Below are positions 9,300 through 20,000 of a DNA stretch of 20,000 nucleotides, piece by piece. The notes under the pieces are model-generated. The model ran no database searches and was not told the DNA's origin. It saw only the letters and a list, made by a program, of their open reading frames with translations. The DNA comes from Catajapyx aquilonaris. Its lineage: Eukaryota. The stretch covers positions 53,909 through 73,908 of the forward strand of contig KZ538404.1 of assembly GCA_000934665.2 (NCBI GenBank), given 5' to 3'. The stretch's first letter is position 1. Each line of letters opens with the position of its first letter. A program made the position numbers and the translations under genes.

Positions 9300-10680
9300 A
9301 GTCTCTTGGTACAGTAGCCCTATCGATTTTGTTGTTCTCGTCCTTCAGTGGAAGTGACACGGCCTGGAGAAGCTGTGTGGGAAAAGGATTGGAGAGAGAC
9401 TTCCGTGCCCAATAGACGCGCTTTTTTCCGAGGGTCTGCTTTCCTAATCTGCCCGCAAATGACCTTACAGGAAACCCACACCTACTACGCTATCAGGGGA
9501 ACAGATCAAAAATACTCCTACGCCTTCAGCTTCCTTCATCCACACTTTCATATGGCTCAATCAAGAGATGTGCACGGGGCCGGGAGGCCAACGTCATCGG
9601 GGATGTCATTACTCACTGTCTTCTTCTTCAGGGAGCATCCTATTACACTTTAATGATCATAACAGCACCCACTTTAATTTGATCTAAGGCCTAGGGGGCG
9701 TTCTTACAATCATTATACGGAATTTATTTTAGTCAGATTCCTAACAATCCGACAGAAGCTCATGCCAATTAGACGTCAGATTTTTTAAAGGCTCAGTGAC
9801 TGTAGCTTACATTGGAATTAATGTACAGGCTTGGAAGATGAGACATTATGTGAACATTCCAGACCTTACCTCGGAGTTGAGAAAAGGCCTGTATGATCCT
9901 ATTAGAGTCAGGTTTCTTCGAAATTGAGTACGGCATTGTGTCATGTAGCCCTTGATGCTTAACTTCCTGCCAAATCAGTTTTCTATGCATTCCCACAGTG
10001 AAAAGATGGGAAAGGGTGATTCAACAAGAAATAGTTCAATTTGAAATCCTTATAATACCGGGTGTTCCATCAAGTTCGTGGGTAGTTTTATTTATCACTA
10101 ATATTGCCCGAAGTAGTTATTTTTGTGTAGATTGTTGTGCCTTGATCCAGGTGCCTCAGTACTATCATGTGGTCGAATGTAGCAGTGGCTATAGAATAGG
10201 GCAACTGATGGTTAGAGGCGCAACAAGCTACAAAAATAACATGGGAAATTTCCTATAACTTAAAGGACCCACGAACTTGGAACACCTTGTATAAGGAATT
10301 CCAATGTGATCATTCTGCATTTCAGGTCCTTATTTTTTTCATTGCCGAGATAACAGCCTCCATTTCCGTAGGATATGGCTTAATATGCTCAAACAATATG
10401 TTCCATCTCCCAAGTCGGAACATGAATCTATAGCAACAACAACGTCACATCCATACTACTTTCGATAAACAACTACTAAATCCATCACTCTGATGGATCT
10501 AGTCCCCTCAGCCATAAAGTTTCTGTAATCCTGTATCTCAGTACAACGCAGTATACGATTTCTTGTGGGCGTCGGCGGGTTTTGCAAAAAGGATATCGCC
10601 CCCCACAGTCTTGACGTCATTAACTGGTTTCAGCACAGAAAAACACGAGACATGCCTCCAAGGAGACAATGTGGAAGGGG
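9300..10680 (-). mobile_element. Decayed LINE ORF2 (linker plus RT), interrupted by a MITE
   Basis: PWRHV..VKTVGGDIL..ADAHKKSYTALY (ORF 10538..10819), PTEMEAVISAMKKI (~10370), GIPYKDFK across the MITE excision site, LSHLFTVGMHRKLIWQEVKH (cf. LTHLFN.S+..G.FP.EWKH), KKPDSN/SYRP, GKV..IMSHL, AFKK, *ALDQI (cf. KAFD.I), RRQ*V, SVDEGS..IFDLF, VRSFAG and AVSLPLKDENNKI. Confidence 0.68.
10058..10289. mobile_element. Non-autonomous Tc1/mariner-type MITE (~232 bp)
   Basis: Left TIR CCGGGTGTTCCATCAAGTTCGTGGGT (10058-10083) versus the reverse complement of the right end CAAGGTGTTCCA---AGTTCGTGGGT (10267-10289). TA on both sides (10056-57, 10290-91). Internal inverted repeat 10116-10141 / 10217-10240. 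No transposase ORF. Confidence 0.85.
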
Positions 10681-11214
10681 GAATAACATTGTTGAAAAAA
10701 AAAATCCTGAAGAGGGCATGTGGAGCAATCCCCGGAAGGTCGAAGGGGAATGAGAGAATATGTGAGCAGGGAAGAAGCTGCTCAGAGCTACCACCACTAG
10801 ACCGAAAAGCAGTGTTCAATAAAATCCATTAGCTCGGCTTCAATTCCTCTCACGTCCGGATCTGAAGCTTGGGAGGAAGAGGGGGAAGGAGGGAGGAAGG
10901 AGAGGGAAAGGAGAGGGAGATTTTTGCTGCACAAAATCGGATCGAGCAGAGCCGAGAGTCATTTGCATCTTCTACTGATTCCTTAGTTCTATATTGAACT
11001 CGATTATGACCCCACGCACTGCTGGAATCGGATGGGGAATCTGTATGGTAGGACCGGATGTTCCGGGACAAATATGGCTGCATTTTCTCATTTTTATGCG
11101 TGGTGGACCCTCCATCCTCTCGTTTTATGAGCCTTTTTTGAGATTACTTTTTTTTGCAGTGGTGCGTACGATCAGGGGAGCATGAATTATGCGGGAATTT
11201 ATGTGTGACAGTGG

Positions 11215-12650
11215 CATAAATTTTGGTGGCTAAGTTTGGTTAGAGTTGACACTTGACAGGGGGAAGCAGGTTCTGTGACAGGTTCATTGGATTCTGCCGT
11301 AAATGCGGTCTATTTTGGGTTTCCGCCATTTGCAGGCTTGGCTCTTTGCTTAAGTTTGCTGGAATAACGAGGCAAATCGGATGGATAGGACCAAGTGGTA
11401 AGTTCAGGGCTCAAGCCATTTCCAAGGGAATGGGGTGAACTAGTTGGATTGTTTAAGGAGTAGATTGCCTGATATGTGAAGAGCAAAAGTCTACATGTTC
11501 TAAGTAAAAAAGACTGCATGTTTGATTTAGTTTATTGAAAGGTACACTGGTACACTACCGACCTCACAGCATTACAGTGAACTATTCAGGATTTTTTTTC
11601 TCGTCATATAATACTACAGTATAAACCCTATAGTCATTCTTGCATGAATATAAAATATATTCATGTAACATATAAACTGTCTTTTAAGTTGCGTGGCTGT
11701 CCTAGAAAAGCGCGTGTTACGGTTACAGGGGGACGTCACATCGTTTATCTCAGTGTAAACAATAAATGGCGGAAGCTTCTAGGTTGATCCCGGCGAGGGA
11801 TGGCATAAAATGGTGGTTGTCAATCTGGAAGGGCTCCCTAAGGCCAGTGTGCCGCAGATGGACACATACATCAACTGCTACTCTGTCTTGGGGACAACTC
11901 CCCTGAGCCAATCAAATCATCCTCCGGCTCTTCTCTTCAAGAGACCCCCCCCCCCCCACCCTACAATCATCTTGACGACCAAAAGGAGGAGGAGGAAGGG
12001 AGGGAGGATGGGAATGCCTGCTTATCTCAGAGGATGGGGACAGTTCATCTTTGTGATTCAATCAGTTCTGATGGAGTCAATTAGCATTCAATCTGTCTAG
12101 TAGAGCTTGCTATTATCCAATACGGCTTTGTAAATAAACTTAATGTACCGTGCTGTTTGTATAGCCTCGGCAAAAAAGGCTCCAGTTTTTTTGGTACATA
12201 CAGGGGTGCCGAGCTGGTGTGATGCAAACTTGATACGTGATTAGCTCGCATTATTCGTAGCTATTATTACTGAATGCAAAATTATTTCTAAAAATAGGAT
12301 CATAAATAAGCATTATTGGGAACAATCGGTGTATGAACTGTGCCAGCTGGTTGAAACAAAAAGTCATATGCCAACCAAAGATGATTAAGGACGTGGTCCT
12401 GATTGTTGCTTTTATGAGAAACGGGCCTAGTTGGCAAACCTTCCACGTTGTATAAAATATGATTGGTTCCATATCGCATTTGAGGTCAGTATGTTAGGCA
12501 TGTCCCACCACAGACCCTAATCTGCAGCAGCCCCTGGCATTTTCTCCGCCAGTTGAGTCAGAATCGTACTTATAATTCACAAAGGAGATAGATGGACATC
12601 CTGGGTGAATCATGAGCCATAAATTCCGGGGATCAAATCGAGCCCCGTTA
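11215..12650 (-). mobile_element. Decayed LINE ORF2 (RT plus C-terminus, L2/CR1-like)
   Basis: TGLDLIP (12648-12628; cf. xGxDxIP), MEPII, TYQV, GYTN, QALLDRLNAN*LHQN*LN (~12110-12055), SFRHLLFTL..M*RP (~11780), HCNAVRS..NKL (~11570), then RLLLFTYQAIYSL..P and LPRYSSKLKQR (ORF 11310..11519). Could be two elements joined at the low-complexity island ~11920-12010. Confidence 0.55.
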
Positions 12651-12699
12651 AGAATCAAAACTGGTATTTTATGAGAAAGAGGGGCTTTTGTGATGGAGC

Positions 12700-14500
12700 A
12701 AGGGAGGAGAGGAGATGCGGGAGCCAGCCGCAGCTTCGAATTTCAACACTGAAAAGGGGAAGAAAATTCAACAAAACTTTTTCCTGGCGCCTGCTGCCAA
12801 GACTTCCAATGCGTTGAGAATGGCGCGTGTCAGTCCCCCCAACCAGAACCTCTTGTGAAATTGCATGGATTGTTAGAAAAATGATAGAGTCTCTCCCAAA
12901 CTGCGCAGCTATTGTTACAAAATACAAGTAGGCTATACTGTGCAATAATCAATATAACGATTTTGGAGTGCTTTTGCAAGGTTTGGAGGGGGGCAAGAAT
13001 AATCGTTAGTATGCTTCTTCCAATACACACCCGTTCCCTCCGATTCTGGGAGCCAATATTTTCCCCAGCTGTTGCCAGTATTTGTACCCTTGACACCGGA
13101 GCCAGCACATGCTTGTCACTTGAGTTGGATGCTGGCACCTTCCCTTCCAAAGGGTACGACTCTCAATCAATAAGTTTTATATATTGATTCCTATTTGAGG
13201 GTTCCTATCTCCTTCTTCTGCCGTCCTAGCCAACCACAATCAATCAGCTGTCTTGCTGTTATCAGAAGGAACGAACAAAGAGTAATGTTTGCCAAGGAAC
13301 GAGGGCTCTTCATGTCTGCTCTCTAACCTCACTCCCACGCTCTGATTGACCAACTTGATGGAAGTGTTGCCAGGGGTCTTCCTGGAAGGTGTGATTAAGA
13401 CAGTTCGACGAATCGCTGGCGTTAAACATGCTCTAAGACAGGTGTCAAAACCATGAGCTTTATCGCGCTTACCTAATAAATCGAGGTGTACTTAAGCCAG
13501 CGTTGCCGCACCTTTCGCAGCCACTCTCTAAATAGGGAAATAGTGGCAAAATGACTGATAACGTTTAGCACTTTGAGTTTCCCCTCCGCCATATCTGTCC
13601 CATTCACAATGATGGCGCCCAGCTGGTACTTGAATACCAGCAGAACTGGGTCACATTGCCTTGAATGCAGAATTCGTCCTCGAAGGACGGCCATCCACGC
13701 TATTAATGTCACATCCCATTACATAACCTGTACGTGGTGTGGAAAGCGGCGAGTAGAGTATGAAAGACAAGGCCGGCGTGGGACTTTGGCCTGATAAGGT
13801 AGCAGCTGGGATTCATTTCCTGTGGAGATAGGCCCAGCTAGTCGTGCTGCTGCAGCACCAGCCTCTTCCCGAGGTGGTGAAAGCAGCACTCTTTGCAACA
13901 AATAGCTGTGCGCACCGCCGACTGAACGGCTTGTGGGGAATTTAGGCGATATTTCTTCACATTCGCGAATAATTACTAAAGTTTAAGAATACCAGCTATT
14001 CTGAAAGATTTACAGCTGCTCTCTTTGCGGGAGGGGATTGCACAGCAGGGAGTATTAAGGAGGCTCTCCTGATACCCTGTTTAGATATTCACGCAGACGC
14101 GTAATAAGGTCACTAATTTCAGCCACCTTATCTCATTACCTTTTCCCTGCAAGAACGCCCTATCTTCACCTTCAGAGGCAAAGTTCTTAAAGCCAGCCGG
14201 GTCGCTTATGTTATCATTCCGGGCTCATAAAACGATTGCGTAAGACCTCTCTTGACTTCCCTCATCCACCCCATCATTCGATAAAGCAAACATCCCCATT
14301 GGTGTTATGATGGGTGGGGCCCCTTATGTCTGGGAGACTGAAGGAAAAGTTGAAAATTGAATTTTCACATTCATATATTCAGCTGGCATCCTTGAACAGA
14401 GCGTGAGTGCAGCTGGTGCCCTCTACTTGTGCCCAGCATGTGCGGCAGGCTGCGAAAACAAAAGCCAGCTTGTATCGGGCCTGACATATTGCGAAGTCGC
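12700..14500 (-). mobile_element. Decayed RTE-clade LINE ORF2 (EN end, linker, RT, C-terminus)
   Basis: DFAICQARYK (14498) and RSLP..S..HQL (EN end; cf. IDY+L..R+..RS+P..SDH.L), VDE..EVK, KRPGWL*ELC (14207; cf. K.PWFDEEC), PPREE..AA.RL..STGN (ORF 13719..13901), RILHSR..YQLG and ISLFREWLRK (ORF 13473..13712), KAHGFDT, VGVR, AD*LWLARTAEE (13248-13213; cf. YADDI.LLARTEEE), IGINI, RVCIGRS..KHSKI..SCAVW (ORF 12830..13150). Confidence 0.72.
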
Positions 14501-14829
14501 AGCCACTTTCTGAGGCTTGCAGGAAATTCAAAACCTTTGAAGTCAGGTGGCGAGCGAGGGCTTGGAAATTCCTCTGCGGTCGCCTCCTCTCTATCAGTGT
14601 AACGATTGGCGAGTCAGAAGAAAGCGCAACAAAAAAGGGACCTTCCTTGTCTCAGCTGCAGCAGCCTCCATTTCCTCCTTTTTGGATGGTGGAGGGAGGG
14701 GAGAGAGGGAGCATTTGCTCCGGAAAAGGAACCAGAGAGAGAATTGGGGGAAATGGGGCGGACGGGCGAGAAGGAGGAGGATTTGCAATAACGGTCATGG
14801 CCGCCATGACAGTAGCTGCCTGCCAACAA

Positions 14830-15900
14830 ACGAACCTTTACACCAGGAGAGGGATGCCATTCTAGGATCTCAAATTTTGCCCCAGGGCCAACCTGTGTTA
14901 GCGAGGGGGGACTTCAGCTTGGGGTTGGAAGGGTCGGGAAGTCAATGGCTATATTTGCTCTCTACTAGTCACTCCTGCCCTCTAGATCGGGCATATGCCA
15001 GTGCCTTCAGTCTGAACTCAAATTTGCTTACTCTCAGAGTATAGCCTTAGCTATGAGCTTACATTAGGTCCTTCCGGAGTGGTTTATTGTGCGGAAATCA
15101 GGCTGAGGAGGACTGCAAGGGAGAGTAGTCGGTAAGCCTGTATAGTTGGCGAATAATGCAATACAATCAGAGTCACTTCCTGTATGGCTAAACTATTTAA
15201 TTCTCCGTTTTCCGTAATCTAAATTTCATTTTATGCTCTCCCTACGTCAGCTCGAGGTTAACTGGCATTCAGTTGAAAGGAAGGGAGAAAACATTACTGA
15301 GGGAATTTTTATTTTCTCATGGAGCTGAGCAACCAGGCTGTACTGTATGGAGGCTGTAGCCATTAGAAGCGGGAGCCCCTTGAATGCACGCTTTAATTCT
15401 TTACTAAGTCGGAAATTGAAAAGAAGGTTGAACTTTGGCTTCCCCTTTTCCCCTTTCTTCTCGTCTTTCCCCTTCCCCCGCCCCTTCATCCAACGTCGGA
15501 CTTATCCCGCAGAAGTCACTTAAAGGCAAAAAACTGGGGAAGTCAGCAATTTCAGTTACCATGGCAGCTCTTTTCCCAAGGCTCGTTCAGACTAGCAAAA
15601 TTGTATTACCCACACTTATTGGCAGTGTCAATGTCATTCGAGTGGGGGGAGGGGGAAACGAGGGCAGGGTCGTAGTATGGGGCTATCAAAGAGAGAAATA
15701 CGGACCAAATCCTCGGGTATATGAGAAGGGGCATCCGCGCTGGCCCGCCATCATTTCATCTGGGTTTTGAGACCGACGACTGCTGGTCGCGACGGAAGGT
15801 GAGATCAGCATCTTGCCTTTTTGCAACTTCCGACCAAAAGAATTGAATCTCTCAAACGTCCTTTCCGGATAACAAGTTGGAAAAGATCGGAGATTATCCG
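14830..15900 (-). mobile_element. Decayed LINE RT (Jockey/CR1-like)
   Basis: RSQNPDEM, LPISVGNTI (~15625; cf. YRPISLLNT+), LKRAF (cf. D+.KAF), LTSS*RRESI (cf. VTSGVPQGSI), IALFANYT (15162-15139; cf. IALFADDT), LRKDL..S*, LG.NL/DPR..LSW. Confidence 0.55.
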
Positions 15901-15969
15901 CTGACAAATGGGTCTCAGACTGATCGCTCATTGCGCTTGCATTGTTCGAATAATCGTTAGGTCTGTGGA

Positions 15970-16940
15970 TACAAAATTGTGCAATGACTTAATAAAGCTC
16001 TATATTAATATAACCACGAGTAAGGTAATTGGGACACACTATAGTGCACCATTTGGCTGCGAGAAGCGGAATTAAATTTAAACTTAAACTTCGGGTAGGC
16101 GTGTGAAGAAACATCGGTACTGGCGCCATATAGTCACGCTAATATATTGAGATTTGCTCGTCCGGGAGGCTGTACTCGTGTTTTTTTTTTGCAACCACTC
16201 GTGTATGGGTACGCACATGGTTTTTTAAATAACATTTCTGAATTGATACAGATATGCCGCTCTTAAATTCCCGCCATTGTGCATGGCATCGTCTGATGCT
16301 AACCATTTCCCGCCTGTTCCCTGACGTAACATTATTACGCCATCAGGCCACAAGTGGCGCTGCATGTCGTATTTTGGTTGTGTTCCCACGGTTCCCACCC
16401 TGTTTCCACCTAACCCATTCGACCTTGTTTTGCAGCGTTTCCGGAATATGACAGTGGGCAAATCAGTTTTTGCCATATATGGAACCATGTTCCACTTTGG
16501 ACCCATCCACAAACTGTAAGTTTAAATCGTGATACGGTTATTCCTGCAATCTAAAATGCGTATATGGGTGTAAAAAAAAGCCCAGTGGGACTGACCCGGA
16601 CAGAATCATTGCCATGGTGTTAATTCGGAAATTACGACGTTTATATCTTCGCATAGTGTGGCCCGAGCCTTTAATGGAACTCTTTGTGTGTGTTTCGATG
16701 CTACTAGTAAAATTCATCAGACGAATGCGAACCTTATTACAGTTTGGATATACATCCTCCACAAAGTTGTCATTATGGCACAGAACTGTTTGAAGCTGCC
16801 GCAATTGCAGTCCTCGCTAAAAGATTGCAAATGTGTATATTTTGATGTTGTCGGTTGCAGAGAGGGGCAACTAGTGCAGCCGTCACATCCAGATATCCTA
16901 GGGGACACTCTTAGCTCTGGATATCAAGCCAATGTCGTTA
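15970..16940 (-). mobile_element. Decayed LINE RT plus C-terminus
   Basis: ISGCDG, FKQFCAIMTTL, NFVEDV, RNFRI..GSVPLGFFLHP (ORF 16538..16804; cf. GVPQGS.L.P), LQFVDGSK (16519-16496; cf. FADDTK), TDL..CKT, GGNRVGTV..KY..GVI..W (ORF 16225..16512) and YISVTIW. Confidence 0.55.
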
Positions 16941-17179
16941 GTGTCATAAAAGCTCTACCTACCCCACTACCTCACCCCCCCCCCCTCTCCCCTTCAGTCC
17001 CCTTCAGTCCCCATCACCCCCATGCCTCCTACTTTTGTTCGTCCACCTAACCGCCGCCCGTTACTCAAATTGGCCATTCCGTTCGAACGTTTCCCAAATC
17101 ACTCCCGCTACGCTCATTTCTCACTCACAGTAGGAGAAAAAAAGGTGGGGGCTGGAGGGAGGAAAGGTGATGGGAAGGG

Positions 17180-17900
17180 CAGGGCTGCTTCAACCACATC
17201 TAAACACTTTTGGGTCGTAAAGAATTATTTTTGTTCTACATTTGGCATTACGATGTAATACGAATCAAATACCAGCCTGAGAGGAATTTTTTAACTAAGA
17301 TATTTTAGCAATACAAAGACAGTATTTTAATACAGTCGTATAAAAAGCAGTGGTGCCAATATAGAGTGATAATGTGGTACAGCCGTTATCAAGTGTGTCT
17401 CAAGTTTAACAGTCGCGTCATGCCATCCGTTTAAGCTGACTTCTTCATTAGCATTTCTCATTAAGATACTAAATCCAATCAGTGCCATGATAATAAGGCA
17501 GCAGTCCGACATTTTCAAAGGTCTTTGATATTCAGCTACCATACTTTCCATTCGTTCTTTTTTTGAGTCAGAGGAACCCTTATGAGAAAAGCCCCGGTGC
17601 CTCAAACCTTGATTCTGAAAGTAAGTCTGGGATCCTCCCTGCCTTTTTATCGGGTTGGAAACCCTTTTCCGATGCGATTATTCTTCGAAGGCATTGGCTC
17701 TCAAACTTTCTGCCTAATTTTTGCTCCATTAATTTCTCTTGCTCTCGATCTCACGCAGGCGGAAGGTTGTAATTTCCACGTCCAAAAAAATGTTATATTC
17801 CTTCATGATTTTTCTTCTGCGGTTGGATTCCAGTCATCGACCGCTTCGGGGATTATTTTTTTTACCTCTTTAAGAATACTATTTTTATATATCTCTCTCT
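17180..17900 (-). mobile_element. Decayed LINE RT core
   Basis: LKEVKKII (~17870), HRGF, VSLNG..AVPHYHSILAPLLFI (ORF 17327..17605; cf. V.+NG..GVPQGSILGPLLF+), LSLY/A, LIRITS*CQM* (cf. L..+..WC..W). Confidence 0.62.
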
Positions 17901-18029
17901 TTTCCCTCACCGCAGAAACTACTGCTAGACAATAGCATCTGGAAGAATGGAAGCCAGCCAGTTCTGAAGCTTTCTCTCGATTTATATGAAGGAAATACGC
18001 TTGCCACTTTTCCAGCTCTAAGCGGCCAT

Positions 18030-18300
18030 TTACAATTGTCCGGCACAGTCATGATCAATCATGGCCGACTGGAAATGTTGGCACGTGACGCCAATGTGAA
18101 TCGAGAACCGGAAGATATGTGGAGAGCTGCCTCTCGGACCAATCGTTGTTTTTTTTTTTTCGAAGATGGCCGTGCAAGGCATTAGTTTGTACATTGACAA
18201 TGTCCGAGTTACTTTAGTATTCATGCAGTTATTATGGGCGAGGGGGTAGGATATAGGCCTATACGTGAATGTGTTATTAAAGCGGATGTACAGCCAGAGC
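18030..18300 (-). mobile_element. Decayed LINE APE-endonuclease fragment (RTE-like)
   Basis: FN../SRIG (cf. GDFNARIG), then ORF 18030..18224 KLMPCTAIFEKKK...SP..R.SIH..V..HFQSAMID (cf. L.+.NT.F.KK..TW.SP..R.QID++LV..F.S.+.D). Confidence 0.5.
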
Positions 18301-18399
18301 CATTTTAGTGTGAGAAATATGGCATGCTGTTAGGGAGAGACACGGAAAAATGGAGAAAAAGGTGCGGTGGGAAAGCACAACCCTCATTATTCTTCCGGC

Positions 18400-19975
18400 T
18401 GATGAATAAATCCAGATTTTATAATTTTCTCATTTCTCAAGTTCAACCTTGCGAAACGTCGTCGATATTTTCTTCTCCTTCAGGGCCGCACTCGTGAAAG
18501 TAACTGTCAAATGTGATCGATTTATAAAACAAACCGTTACTCTACACTTTCTGCTTCCACAGCATACTTTGTCACATTTTGGAATTAAGCTGGTACAGCA
18601 AGAGTTGAGAGCGTCTTAAGTAACTCTGAATCCAGTGATGAAAGTTTTATCAGAAATACAGCTAATAGAGTTAAATCATTCTTTACCAAACACACATTAT
18701 ACTTGAACATTATACTCACGATAATTCTGTTGACTTGCATTAAAGTGCTATTTTATTCACATAAAAAAATTTACGCTTTTAAGCAGTTTGTGGATTATTA
18801 GATGGAATGCGAGTCGAACAGCACTTGTTTAAAGATGGCGGCGTGGCGCCCCCTTCAGACTCTCACCAAGGAGGAAAGAGCTGTTATTGGTTTATAGTAC
18901 ATAGCAGGAACAAAACCCACTGGAATTTATTGAAAATTTTGGAAAAATATGTATCTGTCATTACTCATATTTATGTGACTCTGAGTTGTGTAAAAAAAAT
19001 CGGGTGTTACAACTTGCGCATGTAACAGGTTTCTTTTTGTCTTTTGCAATAAAAACTAATAAATTTATTTCCGCTCGACTATTGTCCCTCAACGTGATAC
19101 AGACATTAAACGCTTTGCAAATTATGTTAATTCCGTACGACGTGCCCCAGTTAAACAGCATAATTTGTTTCAATATGCGCGACACATCAGAACGCCCTGG
19201 CATTATTTGCAACCAATATTGCGAACAATAATTATTATGAACAACAATGTTATGAATCGTGTGCTGCGCCTGTCTTCGTGACAGGAAGGTATACAGTAGT
19301 TTATTTTGTAAGGATCAAGACCAGATTTATTGCGAAAACGAGCAGTTAAGAGCTCTCTACCAAGAAGACTGATGTGTATAGCCACAGCAGGCATACAGTG
19401 TTCTTGAACTTGCCTTATGAAGAGTACTCACTTAGGGGGTGCATTCAGTGCTCTCTGGTACATGTGACTAATATGCAGTTTTATAAAATAAGCCAGACTT
19501 AACATAGATAACCTCTCCTTTATGCGCAAAGCCTTTTCACATAAGCAAATTCACGAGTCAAATTGGCCCATAATGCCCTCCTTTCGGCCTGCATCGCCTT
19601 TAAGGCTCACGGGATTGCCAATTTTGGAGATTTTGTTCGCTAAAGAACACCCAGCGGTGTAACAGATTGGTGAAGTGTTCATTTGCATCACTTTGAACTG
19701 GTTCTTTATTCCTTTAAAATGAGAGAGACGTTAAAGTGCGCTTTACTGTAGCCAGGTCTTGTGCCATTTTTACGGTGCCTTAGTAAAGGGAGATTTTACG
19801 TAGGACTGGCTAATGAAAAATATCTTATGGGATTCGACAATTCTGCTTGATTTTTGAATTGAGATTATTTTCTCATGCAACTAGGTATCCAGTAAGTGGT
19901 GTGTCCCCCTTGACACGTGTAAATGAAATATAAGGCACAATACCATATAAATGGAAAGTTTTGCTGGAAACAAAT
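18400..19975 (-). mobile_element. Decayed LINE ORF2 (EN end, linker, RT; CR1/L2-group-like)
   Basis: LYGIVPYISFTRV (~19950-19912; cf. Y.L...I..PTRV), LLD, LSN/H (cf. SDH), SDANEHF, IP* (cf. PW), NIG, DVSRILKQ..ICKAFNVCI..VFIAKDKKKP (ORF 18961..19212), FSKIF (18946), VNR..KYNVFGKE*FNS (~18735-18668), AVP and FIN. Confidence 0.7.
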
Positions 19976-19977
19976 GG

Positions 19978-20000
19978 TATATATATATATATATATATAT
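19978..20000. repeat. (TA)n dinucleotide microsatellite running off the window end
   Basis: Perfect TA alternation from 19978 to 20000. Confidence 0.97.

Noticed and set aside
10480..10498. Hairpin ATCCATCA-CTC-TGATGGAT
   Set aside because: An isolated 8-bp stem is expected by chance in 20 kb, and there is no supporting context.
11643..11665. Hairpin CATGAATATA-AAA-TATATTCATG
   Set aside because: AT-rich 10-bp stem with no TSD, terminator context or helitron end motif.
12199..12270. TA-CAGGGGTGCC MITE-like end
   Set aside because: Single-ended, and it coincides with the expected GVPQ region of the minus-strand LINE fossil.
13630..13670. RQCDP as a second RT motif (RQGDP) in the RTE fossil
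   Set aside because: Neighbouring motifs place it in the earlier RIL.NRL..YQ.G region. The true motif position is VGVR near 13335.
14547..15044. Longest ORF (165 aa, + strand) as a gene
   Set aside because: GTG start, largely GA-rich low complexity, partly antisense to a LINE fossil, and no recognisable domain.

Overview
Eukaryotic, probably insect, non-genic DNA; the taxon is inferred only from the SINE body. No intact protein-coding gene, rRNA, functional tRNA or CRISPR array is supported. Manual six-frame translation through stops and frameshifts suggests the window is tiled almost end to end by about 15 heavily decayed non-LTR retrotransposon (LINE) ORF2 fragments (APE endonuclease, linker, reverse transcriptase, C-terminus) resembling the RTE, CR1/L2, Jockey and I/R1 groups. 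There is also one decayed pogo-type DDE transposase (~4.5-5.9 kb). Two younger, structurally clear elements are nested inside the fossils: a full-length tRNA-derived SINE with a perfect 15-bp target-site duplication (1596-1897) and a Tc1/mariner-type MITE in a palindromic TA site (10058-10289). The main higher-order pattern is that every LINE fragment recognised from ~8.9 kb to the window end lies on the minus strand. This fits a uni-strand piRNA cluster or an intron of a plus-strand gene. Fossil calls come from by-eye comparison with remembered consensus motifs, so boundaries are approximate (about +/-100 bp) and clade labels are tentative until checked with HMM or tblastn searches.
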